From Takakia lepidozioides (taxonomy: Eukaryota > Plantae > Bryophyta), in contig CM060731.1 of the NCBI GenBank assembly GCA_030704615.1, positions 80,228,001 to 80,292,000 on the forward strand: a stretch of DNA of 64,000 nucleotides. The letters are read 5' to 3'. Shown one piece after another: positions 1 to 13,531 of the stretch. Both the position numbers and the translations under genes were made by a program. Below the pieces are notes generated by a model that worked only from the letters and a program-made list of their open reading frames with translations, ran no database searches and was not told the origin of the DNA. Numbering within the stretch: the first letter of the stretch is position 1; each line of letters begins with the position of its first letter.

Positions 1-1275
1 ACAGTTTTATCCTGCTGCAAACTGGGTGGTTCCTTTTCACAAGAGGGGAATGGATTTAGAAAGATAGATCGGCCTAATGCATGGTTGCCCTTGCCCCTCA
101 TCAGTTGCAAATGGTGGATGTGGAAAGGATCTTTTTTGATGTTTCAACGCCTTGCAGCCGTTTCAGGGAGGAACCATATACCGCGTTAGAAAATAGATTC
201 CCGATACTCCAGTTCCTTGATACTCCTGTTCCTTGTCGGCATGTGGTTCCACCAATAGTTTCTTCTTCTAGGGCTTCGTATGCTCATGAGGTGCACAATG
301 TTTTCTCTTCTTCCACTGCAGAATGTCGCTCAGGTGGATCCGCTCGTCAGGTGCAATATATGATACAGTTCCATTTCACGTATTTTAAATTCTGTATACA
401 GCTACTTGTACAAATTTGTATTTAATCTTTGTGAATACACCATGCCACTTTCGCTTTTCGGACCGATGGATGATTTTGTATTCCACTTCCTTCCAACATT
501 CATTTTTGCACCATCAAAAGTTTTAAGAAAACAGCCAAATAAATGAAAGGGGTTAATCCTCAAGGGCCTGAGTAGCTCCCAGGTTTCCTTTTTTTTTAAA
601 ATGATAACTATGAAAATAAATAATATTTTGAAATAAATTACCAAACCGTCTTAGCTCTAAAGAAACTCGTCAAAGTTGCCTGTGTAAAGAACTCTCATTC
701 ACAAGTATATGTGGTATGATGTGTCACTGAGCCCAAGTTTTTTTTTTTTTGGATAAACAGGGGTATGGCCCTGGAAGCTTTATTTGGAATTATTGAAGGC
801 AAGGTTAATGTGAAAGATGTTATTTTCTCCTCTCACTACAATTAACCCATATAGGCCTACAGCTTTTTCCACCTGTGACTGCAAAATTTGCACCCCTTGC
901 CACCTTTTTAATCGTTACTAAGAGTGTGTTAAAATCTACACATCTTGACCATCCAATCATGTTCCTAACTATATCCCTTACCTCCACCTCTAATATCACT
1001 ATTTTTTCAGGAAGATTTAAAATCTTATAGTGTTTTTGTGAGCATAAAAAAATTCTGCAACCTTTGCAAAATAGGAAAACAAAATCACAAATCTTATCGA
1101 AATTCCTCAATGCCAGCTGATCCAATTGTTGAACCCAATTTCAAAAAAAAAAGAACAAAACCAATTTCCATAAGAATATATCTCATGATATTGGGCAGCG
1201 TCTCCTAATATTTTAGATATCTCGGACAAAATTTGGGTATACCTCCTTTGCAGTGATCTTTAGGGGAGTCAACAC

Positions 1276-2146
1276 GAGTGTTGGGCGGGTGTTTTGATTT
1301 CAATATACCCTTAGGGTATAAGTAAATTACTTTTGTCAAAACATTTACCCTCCAGGTATGGATAAATTGAAATCTCAAAAAATTATTTACCCTCCGAGTA
1401 TGGGTAAATTAACTTTTTCAGATTTCTATATAACCCCCGGGTATGGATATATATGCCAAAATATACCCTGAGGGTATGAATAGTTTCCGGGTATGGATAG
1501 TTATTTCAATTAATATATAATTTAATGGTTTTAAGGAATATATGATGTTCTTCAATATGTACAAAACACAAAAAAAACAATCTATGGTAAAAGAGAAAAT
1601 TGATAAGATATTACATAATATTTTGGTTTTAATTTCCAATGCAAGATGGAGGAGGTTTGAGATTCAAAAAAATCACCCTAAAAAATAAATTAAAAAATCC
1701 CCACCTCAAGGGTCTAAATTGTGGGCTGCCAGGTTTATATATATATATATATGCTCGATCTGAAGAGGTATTCTTTGGGTTATATGACATTTTAGGAGTG
1801 ATATATATGTAGCATTTGTTTTAGCTGTGATTGGAACTTTCTTATAGCTCAAGGCTCCCTAACAACACAACAACAAGAGAAAAGACCTAGCACATAAAGG
1901 CCCTTATTATATACCCTGATTAGATATACCCTTCATTTTAACATATACCCTTCAGAAAAGTAGGGTATATTGAGCGTTTTTGATGCAGGGTAAATATAAG
2001 GATAAGGGTATATCATAAAAATATACCCTGATATAAGGGTATAAATCCGGGTACCTAAACTTGCCACACCAGGGTATATATACATCAACATACCCTGATA
2101 TACCCGCCGGGAATATCAGGGTAATTCATATACCCGGCCCACGCTG
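1276..2146. mobile_element. Non-autonomous hAT-like DNA transposon
   Basis: Imperfect TIRs (gagtgttgggcgggt at the left; acccggcccacgctg at the right, reverse complement cagcgtgggccgggt). Flanked by a near-perfect 8-bp TSD, gtcaacac (1268-1275) / gtcatcac (2147-2154). Many TATACCC/GGGTATA subterminal motifs in both orientations; AT-rich core with no credible ORF. Confidence 0.7.
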
Positions 2147-2179
2147 GTCATCACATTGCATTTTTCAGCACTTTGCCAC

Positions 2180-2464
2180 CAGTGTTTTTTAATCTGGCGA
2201 AAAATCGCCAGATTTCGACCTGGAAAATGGGTCAGCTACTTTTACTAAGGAATTATGGGAATAAAAATCAAGAAAATCGCAGAAAGCGCCAAAGGTTAAA
2301 TACCAGGAGCCAGATTTGTCCTACGTGGACCTGTTAAAATATGACACCTGTAATATAGCCTCTTTTCTAGCTCTGTCACCTCGTTATTCTCGCCACATGG
2401 GCGTTGGGTAGAATCTACATGTCGCCCTGCCTGCGATTTTGGAAAAGTGAAAAAGAAAACATTG
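2180..2464. mobile_element. hAT-type MITE
   Basis: Ends cagtgttttt...aagaaaacattg with a perfect 8-bp TSD tttgccac (2172-2179 and 2465-2472). A related copy lies at 28532-28813. Confidence 0.85.
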
Positions 2465-3322
2465 TTTGCCACCTTTTCTATTTTAAAAGAAATTGGGTTT
2501 GTTATTTAAAAGCCGGAACAGTCTTAATGTTTTAAATCAAGTGGGGAAGGGCCTCACAATTCTTTGATTTATTCCATCCATGTAATTCCCCTCGAATGGG
2601 GTTGGCACTGACCCTTTGTTTCTCAAGGCTTAGACAATGGGCCACCCAGTCCATGCAATCCATTTGACCCTTCTCATGCTCATCTCTCTCACTTGCCAAA
2701 TAGCCATTTGCATCACAGTAGACATTCCGGTAGAGGAGATCTTCTTGCAGATGTTGCATGTTGCAGCTTTGGATTACGGTGAGAATCCATAGATAACTTT
2801 GTATTGAAGTGAAACCATGAGACCACTAAATGGCCCCTTAGGCGTGTAGGGGTTATGATTTCTTGGGGCATGGTGTTCCATTTTCAAATAAATAAGAATA
2901 AGAAGTCAATATTGGGGCCCATTTGGGGGGAGTGTCCATGGAACCTGCCCAAAGCCTTTGAAATTTTGGGTTGTTGCTAAGCTTAGTCACCCACACTTTT
3001 GGGTGAGCAACATGAGGGACAGGATGCCCCAGTCCTTTTTTTGGACAGAAAGGGACCCTGAATATCATATTAAAAAAGACATGGAAAAAATAACCGAGTC
3101 ACAGAAGGCCGTAAGAGACAGGCGTTTACATCAGTTCTGAAAACTTCTGATGTCCAGTCCTTTTGACTGACAGTGGTGGTTTAAATTCAGGCCAAATATA
3201 GTATCTACTATTTCATGGACTGATGTTGGATTGGGTGAACAAATTTTAATTTACTTTACTTACTCATTAAATTGACCATAGCAATATGCTCTATCTGCAC
3301 TACTGTATCAATAAAATGGGTA

Positions 3323-3894
3323 ATCTGTCCGTCTGTCTAGATCCGCTATGCCACCACCTCAATCCGGCAAACTAATTCCGGATGCCTGCGTCGTGCCTCC
3401 AAGACATGGCATGTCCGATTTCTGCCTCCATACAGTCCTCTTTTTGCTCAAGTCTTGGTGCCAATCTGGCCATTCTTTTCAGATAAGAACAGATTGTTGT
3501 GGCTGTTGACCGGTGTGCGCAATAGTGTGACTTGGGGGAAATAGAGCCCATTCCCGAAAGGGGGTAGTACCCGCTATGCTAACCCGTGACACCATAAGTT
3601 ACGCTGGTGAATTAGGGCTACCGGGCTCACAAAAAGCCCATGATGTCCCTTAGATTCCATGTGAAGTGTCTGCACTTCAATTTGAAGAGCTGTGGTCCGT
3701 TCCATCCCCCAAGTCACATATACATATATATGATGCTATGCTAACCCGCTATGCTTTTTGTGATCCTGGTAGCGCTATTATCAAATCCGCCCTCCGTGCG
3801 GACTGCAAGCATCACAACCAAATTACATTGTGAAAGAGCCTGCCCGCGATCATGCCCACAGCCTGGCTTTGACAGTTAGGGCAGACGGACAGAT
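3323..3894. mobile_element. Possible degenerate TIR element
   Basis: 13-bp inverted repeat atctgtccgtctg (3323-3335) / cagacggacagat (3882-3894). No convincing TSD. Confidence 0.3.
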
Positions 3895-4630
3895 GGTCCT
3901 GTCAGCCGTGACTGGTTTGTAGTTCGTAGTTTGTACCTTCACAATGGGCTGGCCTGCGCCACACTGCAAAGCAGTTTATGATTTTCTTAGTTTGACTAAC
4001 AGGGCTTCTGTCCCCTTTGATTTTCGAAAGACCAGAAAAAAAGTTGATGGAAATAGTGAAGTAAACAATGCCCATTCATGTCTCCAAGAGCCCATTTCTA
4101 AGGAAAAAGAAGGGGTATGAGTGCGATGGTGGGGCCTCATGAATTGACAGCAAAGATGTGAATAAGTCAATTAAAATGTGGCCTTGGGGCCCTCCCCGAG
4201 CCTTATTAAGAGTGAAGTGACACCATCAGTTACGCTTGCTTCGGCCGGAGTGTTCTTTTAGTGTAAGAGTCCCTCCGGCCTCGCCTTTACATAATAAAGA
4301 GAACCATTTTAGGTTCTGTCACTGTATGTTTGACTGCCTAATATTAAATATATAAATATTACAAAAACACTTGCATGGGTGTTTTTTAAGTACAGAAAGT
4401 AATGAGAATTTGTCGTTTTGCTGAAGAGCAGCAGTCTGGGAAAACAGAAACTGAAGCCGGGAACTGAGGAGAGAGAGAGAGAGAGAGAGGAAGCTGGCGC
4501 TAATCTTCACTCCGAGATCAGATCAGATCCTGCACACCATCGCTGTGAGGGAGTGGGTAATGCAAGCAGCTGCGGTGGCATCCGAGGAGAGGAGGAGGAA
4601 GTGCAGTTGGGTCTGCTAAAGAAGGCATTG

Positions 4631-7600
4631 ATGAGATCAGAAGAGGTTGCTGATGATAGGAGATACTCTGTGTCCAGGAGGTCTTCCCGGAATGGTGGCT
4701 ATGGCGGGAATCAGAGCTTGGGTGAGCTTGTTGCTGAGGATGTTTGTGTCCTATCTAGCTCCAAGGAGCTGAGTGGCGAGGAGGGTGACGGGCTGGGAAG
4801 CTTGTCTCCCACCAGGCAGCTCCCCATGAGGTGCTTGTCTCGTGACCCATCTCTTTCTACAGTCAGCGCATTGCGGTTTCCTCATTGGCATTGTCCAATT
4901 CCAGTTCGGCACCCTTCTTGGGATTATCTATTCCACATTGGTAGTTCGTTGTCATGAAAGGGGTAACCAGCAATGCCGCATTCAACGAGCCATTTGACTT
5001 CGACGTGGTTTGATTGGGTGGCATCGTTGTAAGAGTACCAATGTAGCTAAACTGGTTGGTTTAGACATCACGGGGTAGGAAGGAGGTTAACTTCGAGGGT
5101 GAAGTTAGATTGCCTGTGGGATATTTGCCAGACTGCAGGACCAACACCTCTGTACCACCAGTAGCTCAGCTTCTAAGGACTGCTGCACTGCCAATATAGA
5201 TGTGGTCTGGTGGTACACTGGGATTTATCCCACGGTATCAAATGACATGGATCCATTTTATCCATTGGGTACCAATGGTGGCTCCGTGCAGAATGATCTC
5301 ATCCCTCAAGACTACCTATTTGGATAGGCTTGGTCGAATTCACCTGGTCAGCCTTTCCAGTTTTCATAGCAATTGATCATTGGACCAGCGGGTGTGCACA
5401 ATTGTGAAATTGCTGGTGATCGAAGCCGTTGTCAGGGATTTCAGGCGGAGATGCATCTGGCGAATTGTTGTCCTCACTTGCATTCTTTCCAAATGCCTGA
5501 CAGCGGGGCCTGAATGTAACCACTGACTAATGCTTTTAGCTTTTACCGCCATCCCGTCACTGGGTTGCCACACTGGGTTGTCACGCACTTATTTGGGTCA
5601 AAGATTGGTCTCTTCTGTGTGTCTAGGAATAAAATAGCACCAGCAGACTGGGTATGTGAAAACATGTAGCATTTGATATTGCAGCTTCGGGTTAGGAGGA
5701 GCAGCACTGGACTGCTCATCACTTTATTATGGTGCATACTGTCAGCTAGTTCCATGCACTGTTGGTTATGCCACGTGCTGTGAATGGACAAAGATGGCAC
5801 ATCATTCTTCCCTCTTATCTGTGATCTATCCCCTCAGGAGAAAACCCTGAACTTTATTGCAGAAACCCTGCAAATGAATTAAATATTCAAGTTCTCCCAG
5901 GGGTGAGTCTGAAGATGACCATGCAGCCTTCTCTTATGAATACGAAAGACCATCGCTTGAATTACAAGCACAATACTCAAGTCACCCAGGTGTTGTTATC
6001 GGGGACTTGCTCACGTCTGGGTTCAAATCCAAGCTCAGTTGGTTTTTTTCATGTTTTGATTTGCTTTTCCAGAAGGTCCAGGACATTTGGCGAGCTTGAA
6101 AAGGACCCAGGTTTCAGCAGTCCCTCAGCCACATCCAAATTGCCGACTGTAACTGCCTTCACACCCCTGACACCATTGAAGTGGAAGTCTTCCACTCGGG
6201 AAGAAGATTTAGAGCAAGATGGAAAGATCCCAGAATACTCGAATCAAGGAAGGACAGGTGCAGAAATGCCAACAAACTCTAATTCTGAGAGTGTGAAGGC
6301 CCATCGAAAACGGGAGAAAGTACAGGAACAGCAGCAATCTATGGAGCCATGCAGTGGCCCAGGAGTAGATGGCCTGACACATTCGCCTGATGAAACATCG
6401 TCAATCAAAGGGCAGCAGAGCATGGAACAGGGCAATGGTGGAGAAGTAGGACTTGAGAGGTAAAGTTGAGGCTGCATCTCTTGGAGAGTCTTATTGCATG
6501 TATGTTAGGTTGGATGTGTAGGCTCTCAATAAACATGTTATGCACACTTTTGTGACAGATTCACTCATAAAGGGGTCTAGTCAGTGTCAAATCTTTAGGA
6601 CACTCTTGCAATAAATTGTGAGTGATCTTTCGTGCAGTGGCTGCAGGTGTTTCTATTGGTCAGTTGAGATATAGATCCCCAATACCTGTGAATGGGTGTC
6701 ACTTTTGAGGGTCCAGGGAATGCATTCTTTAACATACACATTGCCCAACTTCTCCCTCCAAGATGAACCATAGTTGGTGGTTTGAATGGGATATGTAGGA
6801 AGTCTTCAGCAGGGGAAGATCCAGCTGTTATGACCATTGAATTTTTACGAGCAAGGCTCTTGTCAGAGCGTGCTTCATCAAAGGCTGCAAGAGATCGTGT
6901 TGTGCAGCTCGGAAAGAAGGTGTGGACTCTGACTTCTATCAAGCCCGGATCAAACTGGATTATAAGGAGTTGTATTTTGCTTCTTATATAAAATTGTGTT
7001 GGTTTTTGCGCCCATAGTTTATTGGTGCTTTCTTTCATTGAATGCTTGAGCATAGACGTAACATGTAATCCAATCATGGACTTAAGGTATTTTTATGGTC
7101 AACAGCAGGAAAGCTCAGCTTTCACAACCCCAAAATACTAGTGCGTGAGATGGAAGGTTGTCATTTTTGGTTATATGCTGTGGTTAACAGCCCTCTGCTT
7201 GTGGCTGTAAGGTTAAAATTCTTAGTCTCTGCCTATGATTTCAGGTGGCTGAGCTGGAGCATAAATTGGAACATGAAATCGAACTGAGGAAAAAGACTGA
7301 AGCAGCTGCAGAGGAAGCTTTGTCAAAGCTTAAAAGTGCAGGTCCGGGCCTGGACTTTACCAATGTGGGCAATTGTTTGACAAAATGAAGTTATCATGTC
7401 AAGTTTCTGTAATAGTGGATTAGGGCACCTGCTTGCTCGACTTGTGCAACCCACACTTGGTTGTTGTCTGGTAGCAGTAACAGCCGTAGATCCACAGCAA
7501 ACATTGCAGAAACCTGAGATGGTCCAAAACAATGCCTTATGATGCCCATGATTTAGTTATGTAAAGTTAAGTTGTATGAGAGTTGGAGTCACAGACGTCG

Positions 7601-10600
7601 TTCTCAGAAGATCTATTTTCTGGTTCACCTTGTTCAGGCTCAGAAGAGATGACTGTGATCACAGAAGTGACTAGTAAAGCACCAGGGGATCCTCAGGACA
7701 CAGCCGTTGGTGCAGAAACTACATCTGCCCTCCCAGAGACACAGGAAGCATCAGTGGGCTCTGAGTCTAGAAGTGGATTGGATGAAGGAGAACAAGAACT
7801 TGAGCAAGATGTGACCAGTGATGAGGGTTTGTTGAGGCAGTGCTCAAACAGAGACTTGAATGGTGGGGACAATTATAGCTCTACTGTGAACCAACACTTG
7901 GCAGCAACTGATGCCAAGAAAGTGGAAAATGCAGCAGAAAGGAGGTAGGGTAACTCTGCTCTCCTGGAAAGGCAACAGGATCTTGTTTGGACAAATGAGA
8001 CTGGTGATTCTGAGCATCAGTATGAGGAGGAGATGAATAGCTCAGATCGTATACCAAACAATGTGCAGTCAGGGGTTTTGCAAGCCATGTCCTCCACTGA
8101 GGTGCCGATTGTGTGGGGTACATCTCAGAAGTTGTCTGAGATGTCGCGTTCTGGGACAGAACGGCAAGGAAAAAAGTGTTTCATCTTAACGATATCACTC
8201 ACCACTAGTTGCTTAAGTTTATTTCAGGGTTTTCATTGTCTTTCTTTGTGATTTGCAAGCATCCATCTGGCTTGTTGTAGGAAGAGGGAATAGAGGGAGA
8301 GCAAATCCTGAAAGGTACAGGTTTCACTGAATTTTTGAAGTTTTTCATGACAGAGCTGCAATGGAGGAACGTGTTCGCAATATGTGGAATCGAATTAGTG
8401 AGGAGATGATAGCTCTTGCTGAAGATCAGAACCAAGAGGACTTGCTCCGTGAGGAGCTTTTCAACTGGATGGAGCAAGTGCCTGCGGTGCTTCAGGACTT
8501 CGTCCAAAAACCCAGGACTACTTGCCAAATAGAAGTTTCTGGACAAAACAAAACTAGTTGTGGCGAAAATCTGAAAATTGTCATGGAAAATGTCAGGATG
8601 GTTGTAAAACACTCTGCAGCCGATGCAGAGAACCCTGAGAGCATTTCTTTTAAGGACCAAGGCTCTTTTGATCGTGGAAATATGAGCACAACAGGTCAGT
8701 TGTCCTCAACCAATGAGTCGTGTCCCTTATTTACATGAGACAGGAATTATTGAGAACAGTAGATCACAAACTAAAGGTACAACACCATCCTAAATGTATT
8801 TAGTCTTGACACCCGATGAGTTGTAATCCATGTACTTCATAGTAGCCAGCACAAATATTCAAGCCATTAAACTAGAGTCCAAATTGCACGCTAACTAGTT
8901 TCAAGTACTTTCCAATCTCTCCTGAGTAGGAAGTACTTTTCTATGCACTTACTGATGGTCGATCTCAATTCGAGCCAACACCTATGCGTAGTATCCCTTC
9001 TTGGGAAGCAGTGCTACAGGATACTGCCCTGGTCTTCGAGTTCTACTTTGATCTTTTTGTCTGGGTTATTCTCAGTTTCTAGCTTCACTGCTGCTAATGT
9101 GAACAGTATTCGTGTCAGGGGTCCATAACATTGTATACATTGTGAACTTTCCAATCTTTTGACTGATTGATTGATATTAATGCACCAGGTGGACAGGGAG
9201 GTCCTACATGGCATGGAGAGTTACGACTGAAAGCTTTTAAGACAGATGCTGAGACCAAGAAGGTGTCACAGCTTATTGAGCAATATGAGGCTCAGGAGAG
9301 TGTCCAGCAGGCATGGGAGAAAAACTATTATGCTCAACAAAAAATAGATCAGTCGAAGGTACCTTCAGTTCCTTTGTTATCAATTGCGAAATTGGTATCC
9401 TGACAGATATCTGGGGACATTTGATACAACTGCTTGTGTGCCAAGGTATAACCATAATTGTGGGGACTCATTATATCCACAGGTTTGCAGCCTGAAATAC
9501 CTCTGCTCTCTTTCTTTCTCTGTGACGATGTTAGGAACAAAAACACAATGGTGGTTTAACATAGGATTGCAAACCACCCCTGCTGTCACAGGCAGCATTG
9601 GTTAAGTTCCCTTCTTTTAGACCAGATGTATCTGGTTGAAGAAGGCACGCTTGCTATTTCATACAAGTCATCTAACCCGGAGAGACCAAGCATGTGTAGT
9701 CTATGGCCACACCCCCACTGGTTCAGAGTGATGAAGTTAATGAGATTGTCTCTCTATGAGAGACTCCGGAAGTCAAGATTTGAGTTGAAGAACAAACCTA
9801 TGTATGCTATTTGGGATCCACACGCTGGTACTTGCACTGGAACAATTGTATTTTAAGTTGGAATTTCAGATGCACTCTCGACCAATGCATCAGCGAAATA
9901 GCCGTCATCTGTTTGCACTGCAGCTTGCACATCCCGGGCCTAGCAGTTCTTTGTCCTTTCTGAGTTGTCTTTGTTTTATCCTGTCAAGGAGTTGTACTTG
10001 ATCATGTTACTGCAATGTGTCTCTGCCTATATGATGCATTTTGGGAAGACCATCAGTTGTGTGGGACCGTTGCAACTGTGGCTCTCATGCACTGCTATTG
10101 GCTTGACAGGTTGGAAACAAGGAAACCGTCATAAGAGGAACAGCTGTGATTTGCACCAGCAGTGATACAGGAACCCCGCCATCGGAGTCTTCCCTAGACA
10201 AGCTACAAAACACAGAGAAAGAGGGACCAGAGTATATATCATGTACTGTTCCCATAGTTGATAACAATGGTGAGACTACGAGCTTGCCACTAAAGCTAGG
10301 GGAGAGAGAGTGTGTCAATGATGTCCCCATAAACGGATCTGGAAAACTAGATGCTCCTCACTTGGATGCCCTGCACGTGGACTCGGATATGAGTAAGGGA
10401 AATGGGCCACATGATGCAACATACATAGATAAGGAAGCAATGCGGGGGCAGAAAGAGTCTGGGGTGGTGAGGTCACTAGACCCGGCCTTCGTGATTCCCT
10501 CTCAAGGGATGGCGACCAGGTTCAGCAAAGCAGAAGACCAGGGGTGGGTTCAGAGAGAAAGGGAACTGGATGACTTCTATTATCCTCAGGCTGCTTCTAG

Positions 10601-12638
10601 TGGGGCTGGATTTGGCAGCAATGTAACCTATCCTGAGAGAGGTGCCATCAGAAGGAAGGAGGTGCATAGACATGAACAGGATCTTGGGTCCAGATTTTCA
10701 GAGGACGCTTATAGGAATGGCCAAGTTGACTATAGGTCTATGCCACCAGCATGGGAGATGCAAGGTGAGGACCCAGGCTGGGTCCAGCAGCAATTACATG
10801 AGGAGAGAGGCTATTCACAGGCTGGGTACGGTGGTGGACACGTGAGGCTTGAGCCTTCTGTGGGCCACCATTTGAGAAGTTCTCGAAGAGAGGTGCTCCA
10901 CATGCCGGAGGAAGTGTATGGACATCATTGGAGATCCCAGTCTGACAGTTATGGCTGGCAAGGTGATGAGGATCACTATAGGGAGAGGTATCACTTCAGG
11001 GAAGCAGGTTTTGTGCAGAGACAACGCACTCAACCCCCTGCACAGGTTAGTCCTGTCTTCGCTCTATAAGTCAAAGCTAGAGACTTGACAGCTGTAATAA
11101 CTATAGGTTTATTATATAGGTGAGTTCAAATTGCTGGGAGGAAGGAGATTCCTTGTTACACTGCTCTTCTTTGTGTCCCATAGGCCCTTCATCCCCCTGT
11201 AGTCGTTATAAAAGTTTCTGCATTCTTTCTTTCCCATAGACATACTGGATCCATGACCAGCATGCTAGAAGTGAATATCATAATTCATGGTGGAAGATTG
11301 TTTTCCAGCAATGAGATTCTTTGGGATTTGCTTCATACAAAACATTACATATACCTTTGCACCGCACAAAAAAACTGGTTCCAGCTTGTACCTCCTTGCC
11401 CACGTGTATCATCTAACCCATCTTGTGCGGCAAGGATTACCCTTTAGGCACCCAAGTATACCTTTACACAAGGTTGCTCTCCCTCGTTGCAGTGGGCCAG
11501 GATAGAGATTAACTTTGCTAGAGGAAGGAGCGGAGAGAGTCTCTTCTGGCACAGTTCATTGAAGAAGACAAGGCTTTTACTACTGCTTGGACAGGCGAAT
11601 TTATGTGTAAAGATGTGGGGTTAGAATGAATCTCATGGACAGGCTGAGTGGAATGAGGAGGATTTCGCCTTCCCATGACAAGTAGAAGCCAAAACTCACA
11701 TAAACAAATTTCAAGTTGTAGTAGCTAATGCAATACTTGTAATTTGCATCACACAGGGAAACCAAAGCTTGGGGGCCCATTATCACTCGCTAACTGAGAA
11801 TGTGGGAGGAAGAACAGACTTCAGAAAATCAGAAGGAGAGGCGCCCCTCAGCATTGGCTATCCTGGCTGGGATGCTCCAAAGGAAGAGACATCAGCTGCT
11901 CAGTCCTCCATTGACAACTCAAGTAGCAAAGTGAATGACGTGTTGCGGGCCTTGCAGATTGCAAAGCTAAACATTCAAAGCCCTGGGTCATCGAAGAGCT
12001 TCCCTGCCCGATCGCATTCCACCAGTAATGATCACAGGTTAGTCGTTAACTGCACTGATGTGACTGTTCAAATGGGGGTCTGCTTTTGAACAGCTTGGTT
12101 CTTCCACTTGAGGCCAGACTTGTGCTCAGGGACTTGGAGTCAGTGTCAGTCAGATTAAAAGCTGGTTGTTGTCACAAGAAGTGATCTTCAAGCTTTTAAT
12201 TTTTGTGTCGAATGATTCTATTTTTTCTTCTCAGCACCTTGGATGACTTTGCATTCCCTGAGCCATCAAATATAATTTGTCCTGAAATGTTGATGCCTGT
12301 GCAGATATAGAGGAGACTCCACACCTGGTTTCAGGTCTGGGTATGGAGTTGATTCTGCGGTTAAGTACCTCAGACCTCAAGTCGAGGTAGAGTGGCACTG
12401 GAAAGAGCAACAAAGGCTCTCTAACTCCTATCATTCAAACCAGGGGGCCCCCATTGTCCGAATGCCCAGTTCAGCCAATGGTTCAGTGTATGACAGTCCT
12501 GGGACACAACTGATCGTCCGAGACACCAGTGACATAGTCAATTCTGTTACTGGGCCTGCGTCCCTCATAGTCAGTGGACACAGCAGCTACGTCGATAAGA
12601 TGACTGTGGGTAGAGGTATCCAATTCTTCTTTACATAG
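4631..12638 (+). CDS. Conserved plant uncharacterised coiled-coil / low-complexity protein, about 11 exons
   Basis: Phase-consistent exons: 4631-4830, 6073-6459, 6799-6919, 7245-7341, 7638-7944, (8041)-8163, 8354-8694, 9189-9358, 10110-11045, 11757-12037, 12305-12638 (TAG). The motifs MTIEFLRARLLSER..VAELE, QLIEQYEAQE..QQAWEK and VLRALQIAKL match a conserved land-plant family (At3g52240-like, from recall). A (GA)n tract lies in the 5' UTR near 4470. The start codon and the 7945-8040 junction are uncertain. Confidence 0.75.
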
Positions 12639-13531
12639 TGTGATCTGCGATCTTTATCAAGACTAAATCAGTCCTTTTCAAAGAGACATAGGGCCTGAAA
12701 GTTGGTGTGGGCTAGAGGCTCACAGCCCCCCACTTTCATACCTCAATTAACAATTTTCCATGGGAGTGTGCCCCCTTACACAGAATATTTCTGAACATGT
12801 TGGGTGGTGGATTCCCGTGTCAAATAACATGTACACGTTTTTCATCCCTGGGGGTGTGCATGGAGAGGTTGATGCCACTATGTAATAAGGAGATAACAGA
12901 GTATGGGTCACTAAAATGGTTGGTTTCTTATGTAAATATACTCTGAATCACTTAAAACTTCTCCTTCCTTCCTGATCGTGGGGATTGTTCTATGATGCTG
13001 GCTCACAGCATTCTAAATACTCCATTGGGCTGGCAGCTACATGCCAAAAGTTGAGATCCTCTTTGTAGAACTCTCTTGCTATCGGATACTCTGGGGCCAG
13101 TGAGCCAGTTTACTGAATGAGTGCACATGGGCTAATAACAGCAGCTCTTTCTAATGATCCGTGGGCTGGGGATATTGGGTGGAATGAGGTGATCCACCCG
13201 ATGGCAGGGAACCAGATGTTCTACCCCCCCCTGATCCCTTGACGTGGGATTCCGCCTTGAAAACTCCCCTCAAATCACACTAAGAAAATCAGACCTCGGT
13301 GGTCTTTACATTCAAAAGAGTACAATCAGAGAGGAATGAAGGTGGAGTGCAATCCATAAGGAACTCGCTGGGGCAACCTCAGTCTTGCCACTGGCGCCTC
13401 CTGAAAGTGTTGTGCATGAACCATGTCCACATGCAACCAGAGCCCCACTCAATTTTCGTGCAGGGAGAGAAATCTAGGTTATCCAGGTCTCTTTAAATTC
13501 TAGCGACGACCGAAGGTCGGAAACTAGTTTA

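Noticed and set aside
81-1125. ORFs of 114, 80 and 101 aa at the window start
   Set aside because: No recognisable domain or splice structure; possibly TE debris.
7946-7948. U-to-C RNA editing rescuing in-frame stops
   Set aside because: Plant U-to-C editing is known from organelles; this is a nuclear spliceosomal gene and an intron explains the stop.
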